The translations under genes and the position numbers were made by a program. This document shows, one piece after another, positions 37,110 to 51,937 of a DNA stretch of 64,000 nt (positions are counted from its first letter, which is position 1; each line of letters begins with the position of its first letter). The DNA is from Octopus bimaculoides. Lineage: Eukaryota. The DNA lies in the NCBI RefSeq assembly GCF_001194135.2, contig NC_068986.1:22267120-22331119 (forward strand), given 5' to 3'. Below the pieces are notes generated by a model, which was not told the origin of the DNA, ran no database searches, and worked only from the letters and a program-made list of their open reading frames with translations.

Positions 37110-40100
37110 GTATATGCATTTATCTATTTACTTATGTATTCATTTCATAACTCAGGTGGTAAACAAAAGGATTGTTAGTTATAGGTTTTCCTATAGTTTA
37201 TAAGGAAAATTAAGCATAAACAACAGGTAAAATTCATAGGACAAGATACAAACATGAAAACCATTGCCTCTCATCAGCTGTTGAATGAAAATTAAGGCAA
37301 TTTCAGCACGTTATCGACAGGATTGTTCACTTCAGGGTGCTAAAAAGTAGTGTCAAAGACATGATGACATCAAATATATGAAAATATACAAAAATAAGGC
37401 ACATGAAATATTTAAATCAGTCAACTAAACAAGCATTCAGCATCTATAAGGGAGACAAACAGAATACAGGACAAAGTGACAAGAAATATTAAAGAGTGAA
37501 TGTCTTTTTACTTGAGTGAAAAAAACCCCCATTAAAACAATGTACCAGAGATGATTGTGTAATGCTAAGAGGAAATGATTAGTAGAACATTAAATGTTGG
37601 ATGGTGGTCCTTAAACAAAAAGCAGAAAGCAAGGTGACAGGTAGCAATGCCAAGACTGTAAAGACAGAAGAATGGAATCATGATCAGAGATGGGGAAGGG
37701 AGAGAAAATTAATTAGAGAGAGAATTAATTAGAGAGAATTAATTAGAGAGAGAATTAATTAGAGAGAGAACGAAGGAGGAGAGGGAGATAAAATAAAGAG
37801 AGGGGGAGTGGAAGAGAGGCAGAGATAGACAGCAAGAGAAAGAGAAAGAAGGAAGAGAAAAGGAGAGGAGAAACTAGTCACTGTTGTGTTCTTGCCTTTC
37901 TCAAAATATCTTAACTTTCTTATGCACAAAATCAACTTAATAAAGAAAGAGACATACAGTAATTGATTTGACACCAGTATATTACTGGTATTTATTTTAA
38001 TAACAACCTTAAAAGAATGAAAGATAAAAACGATTCTGGCAGGATTTGAAATTTTCAAATTAACTTTTTCAATATCAATCCACATGAGACCACCTATGGT
38101 TCTTTGATAGAAAAGCCTTTTATTTTAAAATGTTGGTATTTAAATAAAAACCTTTCATAGTAATTTTGTTGGGTTGTGTTCCTAACACCAGTTTAATTAT
38201 GACAAAGTTATTCCATTTTATTAAACAGCTTTAAATTCTTGAGTATTTAGTTAATGAATTAAAGCACACAGGAAATGTATACCATTAGAAATATGATCAC
38301 GGAGTGGTTAAACAAATTGTCAGAGACCAATGATTTCAGAACTGCATTGAAAATAAATTGAAGCACAATTACAACAATGCATTTTCCCGCTGAAACAAAA
38401 TACAAGTGGAAATATGATCCAACAAAGAAGCCTCTACCTAGTCGATCGATATGCTAGAAACAGCAGCAAAATCTCCCTCATATCACACCCTACCTTCTTA
38501 AAAAGTATGCTAAGGAAACGTTGCCTAAAGAAGTTCTAGATACTCTATGTCCCATCCAAAGGGCTTGATGGCCATAGCTGGAATGTTTATGATCATAGGC
38601 AAACTTAATTAGAGCTTTCCTGGGGCTAAACAACTGCAACAGCTAACACAAATTTATCATATAACCATAAACATGGTCATTCAATAAATTTGAAGTCTTG
38701 AATCATAGAATCATTCTGAATTATCTTAAGGAAAATTCAAAAACTGTGTTTGTCCTTATTGTTTAACCCCCAGGTCAACTCTGACCAGGCAAACCTATAA
38801 TCAAAGGCATTCCAACTCTGACTATTCCATCTTTTTGTATATCAAGTACTTACAATGTCTAATTTAAAATGGCAAGGTGTAATTTGAATGGAATTTGGCT
38901 GCTATTTTTATCAGATCACGAAAATGTGATCCTTTGGTCTGAGTGTCCCGTTTGTGATCATAAGATCATGGGCTCAAATTTTATGCCCTTGTGTAAGGTA
39001 CTTCATTTCCTTGAGCAAGGTACTTCATTTCACATGTCCTTGAGCAAGGTACTTCATTTCACATATCCTTGAGCAAGGTACTTCATTTCACATTATTCCA
39101 GTTTGCTCAACTGTAATGTATACCAGCTGGGTACTGGTGCACTTGTCTTTTCTTCCAACTGTAACATCCTTCATGTGCCACTGGATCAAGGAGAGGGAAA
39201 TTGAAAGTAAAATAAAACAACTTTTTCTCTAAGCTTACTACCCAGCATTTTCTATAAACTAGTTTTACTCCTAAAAGTATATTTTACTCATATACCTAAT
39301 ATCTAAAATATACACCAATAGAGGAATAATATGTAACAACAATAATGAGTGTTCATGCCTTTTATTTATTCTCATTACCTTAATGAATCTCATCACATGT
39401 ATCTGCTTGTGGTCACATCTGCACCAAAAACAAGCAGCAAAAGTAGTTACATGTTACCAAGTCATACTTGTTAGTGATTGCTGGCTGTACCTAGCAGGTC
39501 GAGCAACCTCATTTATACTTCCTTGTCTGAAAAAGGATGTCTGTTTGTTTGTTTTTATATTGTTGTTATCTTGACGCACCTTTGGTGTAGTGGCAGGTGA
39601 ATAGATTACAGGTAGTTTTATTGGTTTAACTTTAGAATGAGAAACCCCAATTTGAAAGCTTTAGAGTTGTAAAATATTTATTTAGCTTGCTGTGGTGTGA
39701 ATTTGAGATTAACAGGTGTGGGAAATGGGAGTGCTTCTTTCTTTCTTACCCTTCTAGGTTTCTTTATAAGAATATATAGAATTGAATAGAGAATAATGAC
39801 AGTAATTTTGATAGTAAAAATAAAGAGTTTTAATTTCAATGTTTATTTTAGAGCAGCTTATAATTCAAAATTTACTTTAGTTTCACTTGTACAGCACTGT
39901 TGCACATATATCTCAGACCAGTAATTCCAATTTGTTTCACAGTGACTTAGGTATGTAATGCTGAAGAGCTGAAATAACAGTCAAAACTATTGAAAAGGTT
40001 GCAAGATGCAATGAAAATTTTAGAAAAATAAAAGAATAAGTGGAAATTTTACTGGTGAGTGTGTTAAATCATAAGGCATCAAAAGAGAATGACTCTCCCC

Positions 40101-41210
40101 AGACACAACAGAATATGCTTCAACACACGATCTCACATAAAGAATCTTGCAAACCAAATCCCAAAACGAAATAACAGTAATATATTGATATCTATTGTTC
40201 TCATTTACCTACGGAGTGGGTGGTCTTGCTTGGTTTGTGGTATCCAGTGTTTTTTAACATTCAATGTCTTAAAGGAATTTTTCTCCTGACTTTATCTCGC
40301 AGCTAATAAGTGCATAAACAAAACACATGCATTTAGTATGTGACATCAGTAATGCTTACACAATCATTCATGGCTGAAGCAACAAAAGTAGATTTTGCAT
40401 TTAGTAATGGGTAGTGAGGCAGGTGGAATTTGATAAGGGAGATATATAGGTAATTTTTATTTATTTATTTATTTATTTATTTTGGTGGTGTTGGTGGTGG
40501 GGTGTTTGCTGAGTGAAATTGAAGCAAAGCAAGCAACAAATGCATTGGCTGTATGAGAAAAATTTCTGTTGACAGAGCCATCTTGTTTATAGTTCTGCAA
40601 ATGTAGTAGGGGTCATCTTGGCAAAGGATCAAAAGATTCAGCCATAAATTGGAGTAGAGAAGATCCTGAAGACGGCATGGATTGAAATAGTAAGTGAATG
40701 CCCTACTCACAAGAGAAGATGGTATGTGATTTCTTCCAAATGTTTTAGGAAACATTCTCATCCTGTGCAGCTGTAATATAACTCTTATTGAACAACTCAA
40801 GAATATTTAGGGTAATAGATTTCACCTGAGAAAGAAATGTTGAAGAATACCCCTAGGAAGATGGAATCTGAGATCAGCATTGCAAACTATGAAAACAGTT
40901 ATCAATTACATAGAACAAACATACCCAAAATCTTCAGCAATGGGCTGCAATGGGGGTATCTTTTTACAGATGAGCTGGTTCAGGAGCCTCTATGTAGTCA
41001 TTTTGACCTGCTAGGGTTGCTAATCAAATTGCCTTTAATTCACACCTTACATTCTTAAAAAAGAAAGACACATTGGATGATGTAGCCACAGATACACTAT
41101 TCTGGGAAGCAAAAGAGAGAGTCATAAATGGAATGTTTTTTATCATAGAACTGTTGGATCAGAGATGACAGAGGACTAAATAACTAAACTTAGGTAGATT
41201 AGGCCTTTAA

Positions 41211-41432
41211 ACCTTTCGTTACCGAATTTATTTTGAGATGTTCTGTTTCTCTTTCAATTAATTTTAAATATAACAAAAAATTTAGTAAAATAATTTAGTT
41301 ATCATTAAGCTAGTGTTAGGAACATAAATTGTGACTAAAGTTTGATGGAAGATTTTAATTCAAAACTTATGAAAACCAGACATTTGTACTACAGAGCCAG
41401 AGCCGGTTTCAGTCAGGTTGGTATCGAAAGGG
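41211..41432. mobile_element. piggyBac-type MITE (222 bp)
   Basis: TTAA at 41207 and 41433; TIR ACCTTTCGTTACC / GGTATCGAAAGGG. Confidence 0.8.
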
Positions 41433-41606
41433 TTAAATGTTAAATATAAATGACAAGAATGCAATGGAGCAGCACAAGTGAAGAGATATGAAATACTGAA
41501 TATTCGTTATTCTGAAATATTTTGAAATACTCAATACTTGCTTCTCAACAAGAGAAGAATGGAAGTTAATTACTAAACTAAAAATGAAATATAACTGTTA
41601 TATTAG

Positions 41607-41687
<81 letters not shown>

Positions 41688-43729
41688 NNNNNNNNNNNNN
41701 NNNNNNNNNNNNNNNNNNNNNNNNNNNNNNNNNNNNNNNNNNNNNNNNNNNNNNNNNNNNNNNNNNNNNNNNNNNNNNNNNNNNNNNNNNNNNNNNNNNN
41801 NNNNNNNNNNNNNNNNNNNNNNNNNNNNNNNNNNNNNNNNNNNNNNNNNNNNNNNNNNNNNNNNNNNNNNNNNNNNNNNNNNNNNNNNNNNNNNNNNNNN
41901 NNNNNNNNNNNNNNNNNNNNNNNNNNNNNNNNNNNNNNNNNNNNNNNNNNNNNNNNNNNNNNNNNNNNNNNNNNNNNNNNNNNNNNNNNNNNNNNNNNNN
42001 NNNNNNNNNNNNNNNNNNNNNNNNNNNNNNNNNNNNNNNNNNNNNNNNNNNNNNNNNNNNNNNNNNNNNNNNNNNNNNNNNNNNNNNNNNNNNNNNNNNN
42101 NNNNNNNNNNNNNNNNNNNNNNNNNNNNNNNNNNNNNNNNNNNNNNNNNNNNNNNNNNNNNNNNNNNNNNNNNNNNNNNATATATAAGTACTGAATTGTG
42201 AATTTCAGTAAGGGTCATTAGTAATACACACACAATGGGCTCCTGGGTAATTTCCATTTTTGAAATTCAACTCAACTAACAATGTATTAGTCAACATGGT
42301 GTTATAGCAGAAGATACTTGCTCAAGGAAATGCGCTGTGAGAACAAAACCCACAATCCATGAATATGGCTGTAAAGCAACTTCTCAACCATACAGCCATA
42401 TATGGCTCTTTCTGTGTTGTGGCTTGTTTGTTGAGAAGCTTAGGGTTTGGTTTATGTGACGCCCGTGGTTTATGTAGTGAAACTTGGCATTTCAGACAAA
42501 AACTAGGCAACGGAAAAAAAACCAAAAAAAAAACAGAATGAGAATGAAATAAGTCTAAATTCTGTAAATATTAACATCATCACTATCATTATCATTTTAA
42601 TGTCTACTTTTCCATGTTTGCATGGATTAGATCTTAGATTAGATGAAAGTACACTGGGATTGAGTTTTCTATGGTCAGATGCACTTCTTAATTAATCCCA
42701 AACCACATTGGTTTCCAAGGGAGATAATAATCTCCCAGTCTCATGAAAAACAAACAATCCAGACATAGTTATGCAGAGAATTTAAAACAAATGACACAAT
42801 ATGTATGAGCCTTTGTATTTATAAAGATCATATGTCATGTCAAAACATGCTGAGAAACCTAAACATGCTTTTGCAGTGGACTGCAAGTAAATGGCACTGT
42901 TTGCATAGACAGTGATACCATTGTTAACAACCAGAAAATAAATGTGATGACAAGGGGAAATATGAACTCACACAAACACACATACAGTTACACACACATG
43001 CACACACATGGATGTATACACACAAGAATACACATGCACACACACACACACACATGCACATACATGCACACATATGCACACACACACACATAATTGGGAT
43101 TTCTTATGTTTTTCTCTACCAAATCCACTCACAAAGCGTTGGTTGGTCCAGGACGATAGTAGAAGACACTTTCCCAAGGTACCATTCAGTGGGACTGAAC
43201 ATGAATCTACCTGGCCAAGAAGCAAACATTTTAACCATACAGCCATGCCGGCATAGTTATTTATCTGCACTGCAACAGCATTCACCTTCCATGATTAGCT
43301 TATTAACTCAGAATTCTTCTATTGCAGACAAATTGAATATTACATATTCAAATATTACATATTCACTTTAGAACTGTTCTATGATATAATGAAGGAGACA
43401 TATTTTCAGCTGACCTGAAGGTGAAATTGCTTTGATGACCTGTAGCCATGTCCTCAGTTGATTATGACAACAGTAATGCAAAACCAAACATGGAGTTGAA
43501 TTGACATTGTCAGAGATTTAATGCTTCTCAGATATCTTCTTCCCATTCAAGACTGAACATGCAAAGACAGAGAATTGTTAGCATAATCGGCAGTGACTAA
43601 ATATCATAACATTCCCAGAGATTGTACAGTTGCATTTTGTGGTTGAGTAAAAAAATATCCAAACACCAGATATTTGTAGTTTTTCCTTGCTGAGTTTGGA
43701 GGCTGGGGCAAAGCCTGGGCTCTTTGCAG

Positions 43730-44142
43730 GCTTTGAACATTTAAACCCAAACCAAATAACAAAGGAGATCTACTGCGAGCAATTTTAGCAGCTTAAGTTG
43801 GCACTAGAAGAAAAATGACCATCTTTGGTTTCAGGATGAAAGGTGTTCTTCCATCAGGATAATGCTTAGCCACAAACAGCAAGGATGACATTCCAAAGGT
43901 TGGAGCAGTATGAATGGGAAACGATGCCCCACCCACTATATTCGCCAGATATTGCCCCATCTGATTGTCATTTATTTTGCAGTCTTCAAAATCATTTGGA
44001 CGGAAAAAATATGAATTATGTAAACGAAGTCAGAACAGTACTGGAGGAGTATTTTTCATCATGGAGAAGTGAATTTTGGAAGTCTATGAGATAGATGGAA
44101 GAGCATTGTAGAAAATGAATAAGAGTACATTTTAGATTAAAA
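43730..44142 (+). mobile_element. mariner (D34D) transposase 3' fragment
   Basis: VFFHQDNA and HPLYSPDIAPSDCHLF motifs; runs into a gap. Confidence 0.85.
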
Positions 44143-44896
44143 NNNNNNNNNNNNNNNNNNNNNNNNNNNNNNNNNNNNNNNNNNNNNNNNNNNNNNNNNN
44201 NNNNNNNNNNNNNNNNNNNNNNNNNNNNNNNNNNNNNNNNNNNNNNNNNNNNNNNNNNNNNNNNNNNNNNNNNNNNNNNNNNNNNNNNNNNNNNNNNNNN
44301 NNNNNNNNNNNNNNNNNNNNNNNNNNNNNNNNNNNNNNNNNNNNNNNNNNNNNNNNNNNNNNNNNNNNNNNNNNNNNNNNNNNNNNNNNNNNNNNNNNNN
44401 NNNNNNNNNNNNNNNNNNNNNNNNNNNNNNNNNNNNNNNNNNNNNNNNNNNNNNNNNNNNNNNNNNNNNNNNNNNNNNNNNNNNNNNNNNNNNNNNNNNN
44501 NNNNNNNNNNNNNNNNNNNNNNNNNNNNNNNNNNNNNNNNNNNNNNNNNNNNNNNNNNNNNNNNNNNNNNNNNNNNNNNNNNNNNNNNNNNNNNNNNNNN
44601 NNNNNNNNNNNNNNNNNNNNNNNNNNNNNNNNNNNNNNNNNNNNNNNNNNNNNNNNNNNNNNNNNNNNNNNNNNNNNNNNNNNNNNNNNNNNNNNNNNNN
44701 NNNNNNNNNNNNNNNNNNNNNNNNNNNNNNNNNNNNNNNNNNNNNNNNNNNNNNNNNNNNNNNNNNNNNNNNNNNNNNNNNNNNNNNNNNNNNNNNNNNN
44801 NNNNNNNNNNNNNNNNNNNNNNNNNNNNNNNNNNNNNNNNNNNNNNNNNNNNNNNNNNNNNNNNNNNNNNNNNNNNNNNNNNNNNNNNNNNNNNNN

Positions 44897-44945
<49 letters not shown>

Positions 44946-45061
44946 ATATAATATATATATATAGTATGTATGTATTATGTATGTATGTATGTATGTATAC
45001 TGATATATATATACATGATAACAAATATACATATATATATGTATTTTATATCATGTGTACA

Positions 45062-45099
<38 letters not shown>

Positions 45100-45864
45100 C
45101 CTATATATATATATCTATATATGACTATATATTATGTAAAGGGCCGGTAAAGAGAGGGGTGCTTGAAAGGGATAGAGATGAGAGTGATGAGGAGCTAAAG
45201 AAACCATAGGGAGGAGTCAGTGTGGAAAAGAGATGTAGGAGGAGGAGCTCAGTAGATGGGCGCAGTGAGACCAGAGAAGTAAGAGAAGGGGAAGTAGGAG
45301 GGTATCAACGATGCAAATGAGGGAGAAGAAGAAGGATACAATGAGAGCATCCTGGTCACCTTCACCACCTTTTTTTTACTGTTATCTCTGCTATGATTAC
45401 ACTAGAATGTAAACACACATGCACATGCATATATATATATATCTATAAATAATTAGCAGGGCAGACTTCTGAGGGAGAGCACTTTTCTCTTAGGTTATTG
45501 CCTTCAGCAAGGCAGGTGCTATAAGTTTTAATATGCTTACTGTTAACAATGTTGTCTGCAAAAAATTTAACACACACGCCAGACGCTGAATCTTTTAGAA
45601 AAGAATCAAGAATGGGAACAATGCTTGAACAAAGCCAGAACTATGCATTCTGGTGAAGTGTTTAAAAATTTATTTGCCAATATACTCAAGCTATGTTTTT
45701 TTTTTTCAAACTTCATTAGAGTTCTACAACATGCTTCATATTATTATTTTGCTGTTTTAGATTATATGTATTAAAGAAAACAAGAAATTATAACAGAAGT
45801 TGCTTTAGCATGTGCATTAAGTGATCTGTTGAACACGTTGGTCCATCGGCTCACACTGTATAAA

Positions 45865-45875
45865 CCACCACCACC

Positions 45876-45906
<31 letters not shown>

Positions 45907-45999
45907 CCATCATCGTCATCATCGTCATCATCATCATCGTCGTCATCATCATCATCATCATCGTCATCATCATCATCGTCATCATCATCATCATCATCA

Positions 46000-46030
<31 letters not shown>

Positions 46031-46100
46031 CATCATCATCATCATCATCATCATCACCACCACCACCACCACCACCACCACCATCATCATCATCATCGTT
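45865..46100. repeat. (CAC/CAT/CGT)n trinucleotide repeat
   Basis: Direct inspection; abuts the tail of a minus-strand SINE at about 46085-46310. Confidence 0.95.
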
Positions 46101-46689
46101 TTAATGTCCATGCTTGCATGAGTCAGACAGAATTTGTTGAGGTAGATTTTTTTTTATCAAAGGATGCACTTCCTGTCACCAACCCTCGCTTGTTCCCAAG
46201 TAAGGTAATATTTCTCCATGACTGGACATGTTTCCTTGGAAGTTTGGAAATGGAGGATACTTTCTGAATGACAGTGACACTCGCTTACAGCTATCATCTG
46301 ATGTCAAGGCAAGGAGGCAGTGGAACTCACGCACACACACACACACAAGCACATTTACACATGTATGTGTGCAGAAAGACTATTTCCTTAGAGACACAAT
46401 ACAAAAAAATACAATAAAAAAACAGATATAAACAACATGGAAAGACTTTAATCCCAGATGAGAACATGAATGCTTCTCATGTGAGATCATAGGTTGCAGT
46501 CTGATAAGAAGTGTAACTAAGCCTGTTACAACATGAATACCATGTAACAGTACAACAACAACAACAACAACAACAGCAGCAGCAGCAGCAACAACAATAA
46601 CAACAGCAGCTGCAATAATAATGGTTTCAATTTTGACACAAGGCCAGCAATTTTGGGGGATGGGGAAGCCGCATTTTAATAATAATGAT

Positions 46690-47470
<781 letters not shown>

Positions 47471-47476
47471 TTAATA

Positions 47477-47512
<36 letters not shown>

Positions 47513-47567
47513 CTGATGATGCTGATGATGACGACGACGACGACGACGACGACGACGATGATGATGA

Positions 47568-47888
47568 TAGAAGAAGGAAAAATAAACATCTATGATGATT
47601 TGAAGAGGGAAATACAAAGGTTGTGGTCAATGAAGAGAGTAGACGTGATACCAATAGTGATTGGCGCATTTGGAAGTATCAGCACTCAACTTCCAGCATG
47701 GCTGAAAAAGATTGGAGCAAGTGTGAAGGTAGAACACCTACAAAAATCAGCATTGCTTGGAACTGCAAGAATTCTTCGCAGGGTTTTTGAGGCATGACCA
47801 ATAAACCAAGTGTTACCTTAGTCTGCTGGCTGGGGACAGCTGACACTTTCCATCATACCCAGCAAAATAAGCTGAGAGTTTTCATATA
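47568..47888 (+). mobile_element. R4/Dong-clade LINE 3' end
   Basis: YDDLKREIQRLWSMKRVDVIPIVIGAFGSI...LQKSALLGTARILRRVFEA* (restriction-like-endonuclease C-terminus), short 3' UTR, then (TAA)n. Confidence 0.85.
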
Positions 47889-47894
47889 ATAATA

Positions 47895-47936
<42 letters not shown>

Positions 47937-48011
47937 GAAATAAACAGTAGAAGAGTGCTATAGTTATGTGAAATCGGTTGAACGATATTTCGCCATCTAG
48001 TGCGCCTTCCA

Positions 48012-48062
<51 letters not shown>

Positions 48063-48064
48063 CA

Positions 48065-48114
<50 letters not shown>

Positions 48115-50117
48115 GTTGTTCAGTAGTTTTATTTTTATAACGTACTTTCACTTCAGTACCGAGCGCAGCTCTGTGTGCCTTGGGTATGTGCTGTGGTTTG
48201 ATTACTATTTCAAATTTCGGCACAAGGCTAGCAATTTTAGGAGGAGGAGGAGGTCAATCAATATCATCAATCCCAGTACTTGACAGGTACTTCATTTTAT
48301 TGAACCTGGAGGGATAAAAAGCAAAGCTGACCATGGCATGATTTGAACTTAGGGAAATGACCAGTGCAGACTGGTTGAAATCGGTGTCAGATGCATGCCA
48401 TGAAAGAAAGTATGCTGCTACATATTATTTTCAAGAATCCAATTTGCTACTTCATTTCGGTACCATAACAGTACTGACAAAAAAGCTATGTTTTTAGTTC
48501 TATTTACAATGACAACACTGTGGTGCAGTAATGTTAATTTTTTTTTTGTTTGCTTTAATAATAAAAACATATCATTATTTTCTCTAAATTAAGTAGATTT
48601 TAATGAAATTTTCTGCATGATATCAGCAGCTATGCTTGTCTTCCTCATTTATCATAACATTACTGATTATTCTACTGCAAGTCTATTTCTGATTTATTAC
48701 ATTGGTCTCGTGTGGATCTTGTATGGTAAAAACTCAGTAGGTGGGTTGTCGTTTACACATTTACATGTTTCTAAGTATATAGCAATCTGCTTGCCTGATT
48801 TATTTATGAATCTGTTCATCATAAGTATTTTTTTTCTCCTTCACTCTTTTTATCAGTCCACTTCATCAAATATCATTCTCCTATTCTGTCTGAAATTCTA
48901 CATAAATGTTTTTATTTACTCATTCTTTCGATCTTTTCCTGGCTGTCCTCTTCTTCTCTCTACTGTTAACCTATGTCGGTGAGGAATTTTTTGTGTATAA
49001 ACATGTCTTTGTACACACATACACGTGACTAGTTTACTCCATCTTATTCTGTCACTATGCCAACACTCTGTGGAATTACTGAAAGAATCTGACTATTTAT
49101 GTTGTGTACCACAGAGAAAATGTGATCCTTTCATCACAGATTATACAGAAATGCTTCTCAGCTAAAAAAAAATTAACTCTAGAAGCATTCAAAATTTCAC
49201 TGGTAACAAAATTAATTGAAATAATTAAATTCAAAATACTTTTCTTTTACATGTATAATGTATTTTCCTTTAACTCATTTAAAATGGAATAATTTTATGT
49301 GTTAGCAATTAATGTGTTGTGTCGGCAGTTGTTCACTTCAGTAGTTCAATCATCAAAAATATTTACTGTCACAAAAGTTTTGCACATATGTAGAAGATAT
49401 TACAAGAGTTGTAAAAATGTAAAAAATATTACAAGTATTAGACATGTTATGCTTTTACTTTAATTCATATAAAACTGAATCATTTTATATGTGTTTGCAA
49501 TTATATTTTGCGTCTGTCAGCAGCTGTTTCTCTTGAGCAGATTAACTCATTAATAATAAGATTTACAGTTACAATAGTTTTGTATATATGCAGAATATAT
49601 TAACAAGCACTACAAGCAGCTGTGAATTTCAAAGCATGAACACCCTTTGATGAATAGATTTTCGATGTATTTATTAACTAAACTACTAAATGCTGCTGCT
49701 ATATTTTCCATTCTATAATTCCCTTTAAGAAGAAAAAAAATTGTCAAATTTCTTGGGGATAACACTGGAATAAAACCTAGAGCAATGCAAAGAACATGAA
49801 TGAGGGATATGAATATTATTGCTTTGAAAGATCAAATAAAAAACCGGAATGAGCATTGGGTAATGTTATGACTTAAGCGAGCAAATCAACATAACAATAT
49901 ATATTCTTCAAATAAGAAGTGAGTCACTCACTTATCTTTTACTTGTTTCAGTCATTAGACCACGGCGATGCTGGGGTACCACCTTGTAGAATTTTTAATT
50001 GAATGAATCACCCCACAGTACTTTTCTGGTATGTATTCTATCATTCTCTTTTGCTGGACTGCTAAGTTACAGGAGCATAAACAAATCAGTGGTGATGGGG
50101 ACAAACACACACACAAG

Positions 50118-50152
<35 letters not shown>

Positions 50153-50438
50153 AGCACAATTAAAGGTTGCAAATCTTGTTCAGGGATAGCAAAATTCTAT
50201 GAAAGTACAGGTTAGTTACAGTTATCTATACAAAGAACATTGAACATTATATTTAATACTCAACTGCAAGGTAACTATATAAACAGTGGTTTATATATAT
50301 TGCTTTATGCTCAGGGATGTATAGATAGCTCAACAGATAGATAAATGGAAAGATATACAAACACAACAATTACAGTGGGGAGGACGCATTATTAGCTATT
50401 CAAAAAAACCCCAAAAACACAAAACATTTAAACAAATC

Positions 50439-50830
50439 GTAGGAGTGGCTGTGTGGTAAGTAGCTAGCTTACCAACCACATGGTTCCGGGTTCAGTCCCA
50501 CTGCTTGTATCTTGGGCAAGTGTCTTCTACTATAGCCTTGGGCCGACCAAAGCCTTGTGAGTGGATTTGGTAGACGGAAACTGAGAGAAGCCCATCGTAT
50601 ATATGTATATGTATATATGTATGTGTCTGTGTTTGTCCCCCCCAACATCGCTTGACAACCGATGCTGGTGTGTTTACGTCCCCGTAAATTAGCGGTTCGG
50701 CAAAAGAGACCGATAGAATAAGTACCAGGCTTACAAAGAATAAGTCCTGGGGTTGATTTGCTAGACTAAAGGCGGTGCTCCAGCATGGCCACAGTCAAAT
50801 GACTGAAACAAGTAAAAGAGTAAAAGAGTA
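50439..50830 (+). mobile_element. OR-like CORE-SINE, little diverged
   Basis: tRNA head with B-box-like GGTTCAGTCCC, CORE-like segment, internal TA repeat, AAAAGAGT tail. Confidence 0.9.
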
Positions 50831-51288
50831 CTTGTTATCAAAATTTTCATTGCACCAGTTGCAACCTGATCACTTGTGTCAGTGGCATGGAAATTTTGAC
50901 ACCAGATAGTAGAAATTTGAAATGAAGTTAACAGATTTTGTGTGTTTTTCAATGGTTAATATGTGTTTTCCATGCTGTAATTGTTTTGGTTTCAACACAC
51001 AGTTTAAGACCAAATCACTTGCCATGCAAGTACACCTAAGAAATATATATAAATAGATTTATACATATATTCATATTTTCAATTGGGAAATTCAATATCA
51101 TGTCCATTCTACTACAAGTAACATTCAGTTTCTGAACTTGAAATATAAAGTACTTTTTATTGATTAATCTCTTCTTTGGACAAAACAACAAATAACTGCC
51201 ATTAAATTAATCCATATATAATACAGATGCAGTGTAATTGTGTCACAGGGTGTGCTGAAACTTTCTCGACACTTCATAATGGAAAGTA

Positions 51289-51333
<45 letters not shown>

Positions 51334-51838
51334 NNNNNNNNNNNNNNNNNNNNNNNNNNNNNNNNNNNNNNNNNNNNNNNNNNNNNNNNNNNNNNNNNNN
51401 NNNNNNNNNNNNNNNNNNNNNNNNNNNNNNNNNNNNNNNNNNNNNNNNNNNNNNNNNNNNNNNNNNNNNNNNNNNNNNNNNNNNNNNNNNNNNNNNNNNN
51501 NNNNNNNNNNNNNNNNNNNNNNNNNNNNNNNNNNNNNNNNNNNNNNNNNNNNNNNNNNNNNNNNNNNNNNNNNNNNNNNNNNNNNNNNNNNNNNNNNNNN
51601 NNNNNNNNNNNNNNNNNNNNNNNNNNNNNNNNNNNNNNNNNNNNNNNNNNNNNNNNNNNNNNNNNNNNNNNNNNNNNNNNNNNNNNNNNNNNNNNNNNNN
51701 NNNNNNNNNNNNNNNNNNNNNNNNNNNNNNNNNNNNNNNNNNNNNNNNNNNNNNNNNNNNNNNNNNNNNNNNNNNNNNNNNNNNNNNNNNNNNNNNNNNN
51801 NNNNNNNNNNNNNNNNNNNNNNNNNNNNNNNNNNNNNN

Positions 51839-51873
<35 letters not shown>

Positions 51874-51937
51874 TTGTGTGTGTGCGTGTGTGTGTATACA
51901 CACATATTTATATATGTATGTGGATTTACAAGCATGG

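Noticed and set aside
37200-37330. Minus-strand CTGATGAG hammerhead-like core (also CTGATGA near 58935)
   Set aside because: No convincing GAAA or stem III pairing could be assembled by eye.
48617-48982. 121-aa hydrophobic ORF as a membrane protein
   Set aside because: Hydrophobicity is largely explained by T-rich composition; no family motif recognised. Only its 5' part is kept as a weak exon candidate.
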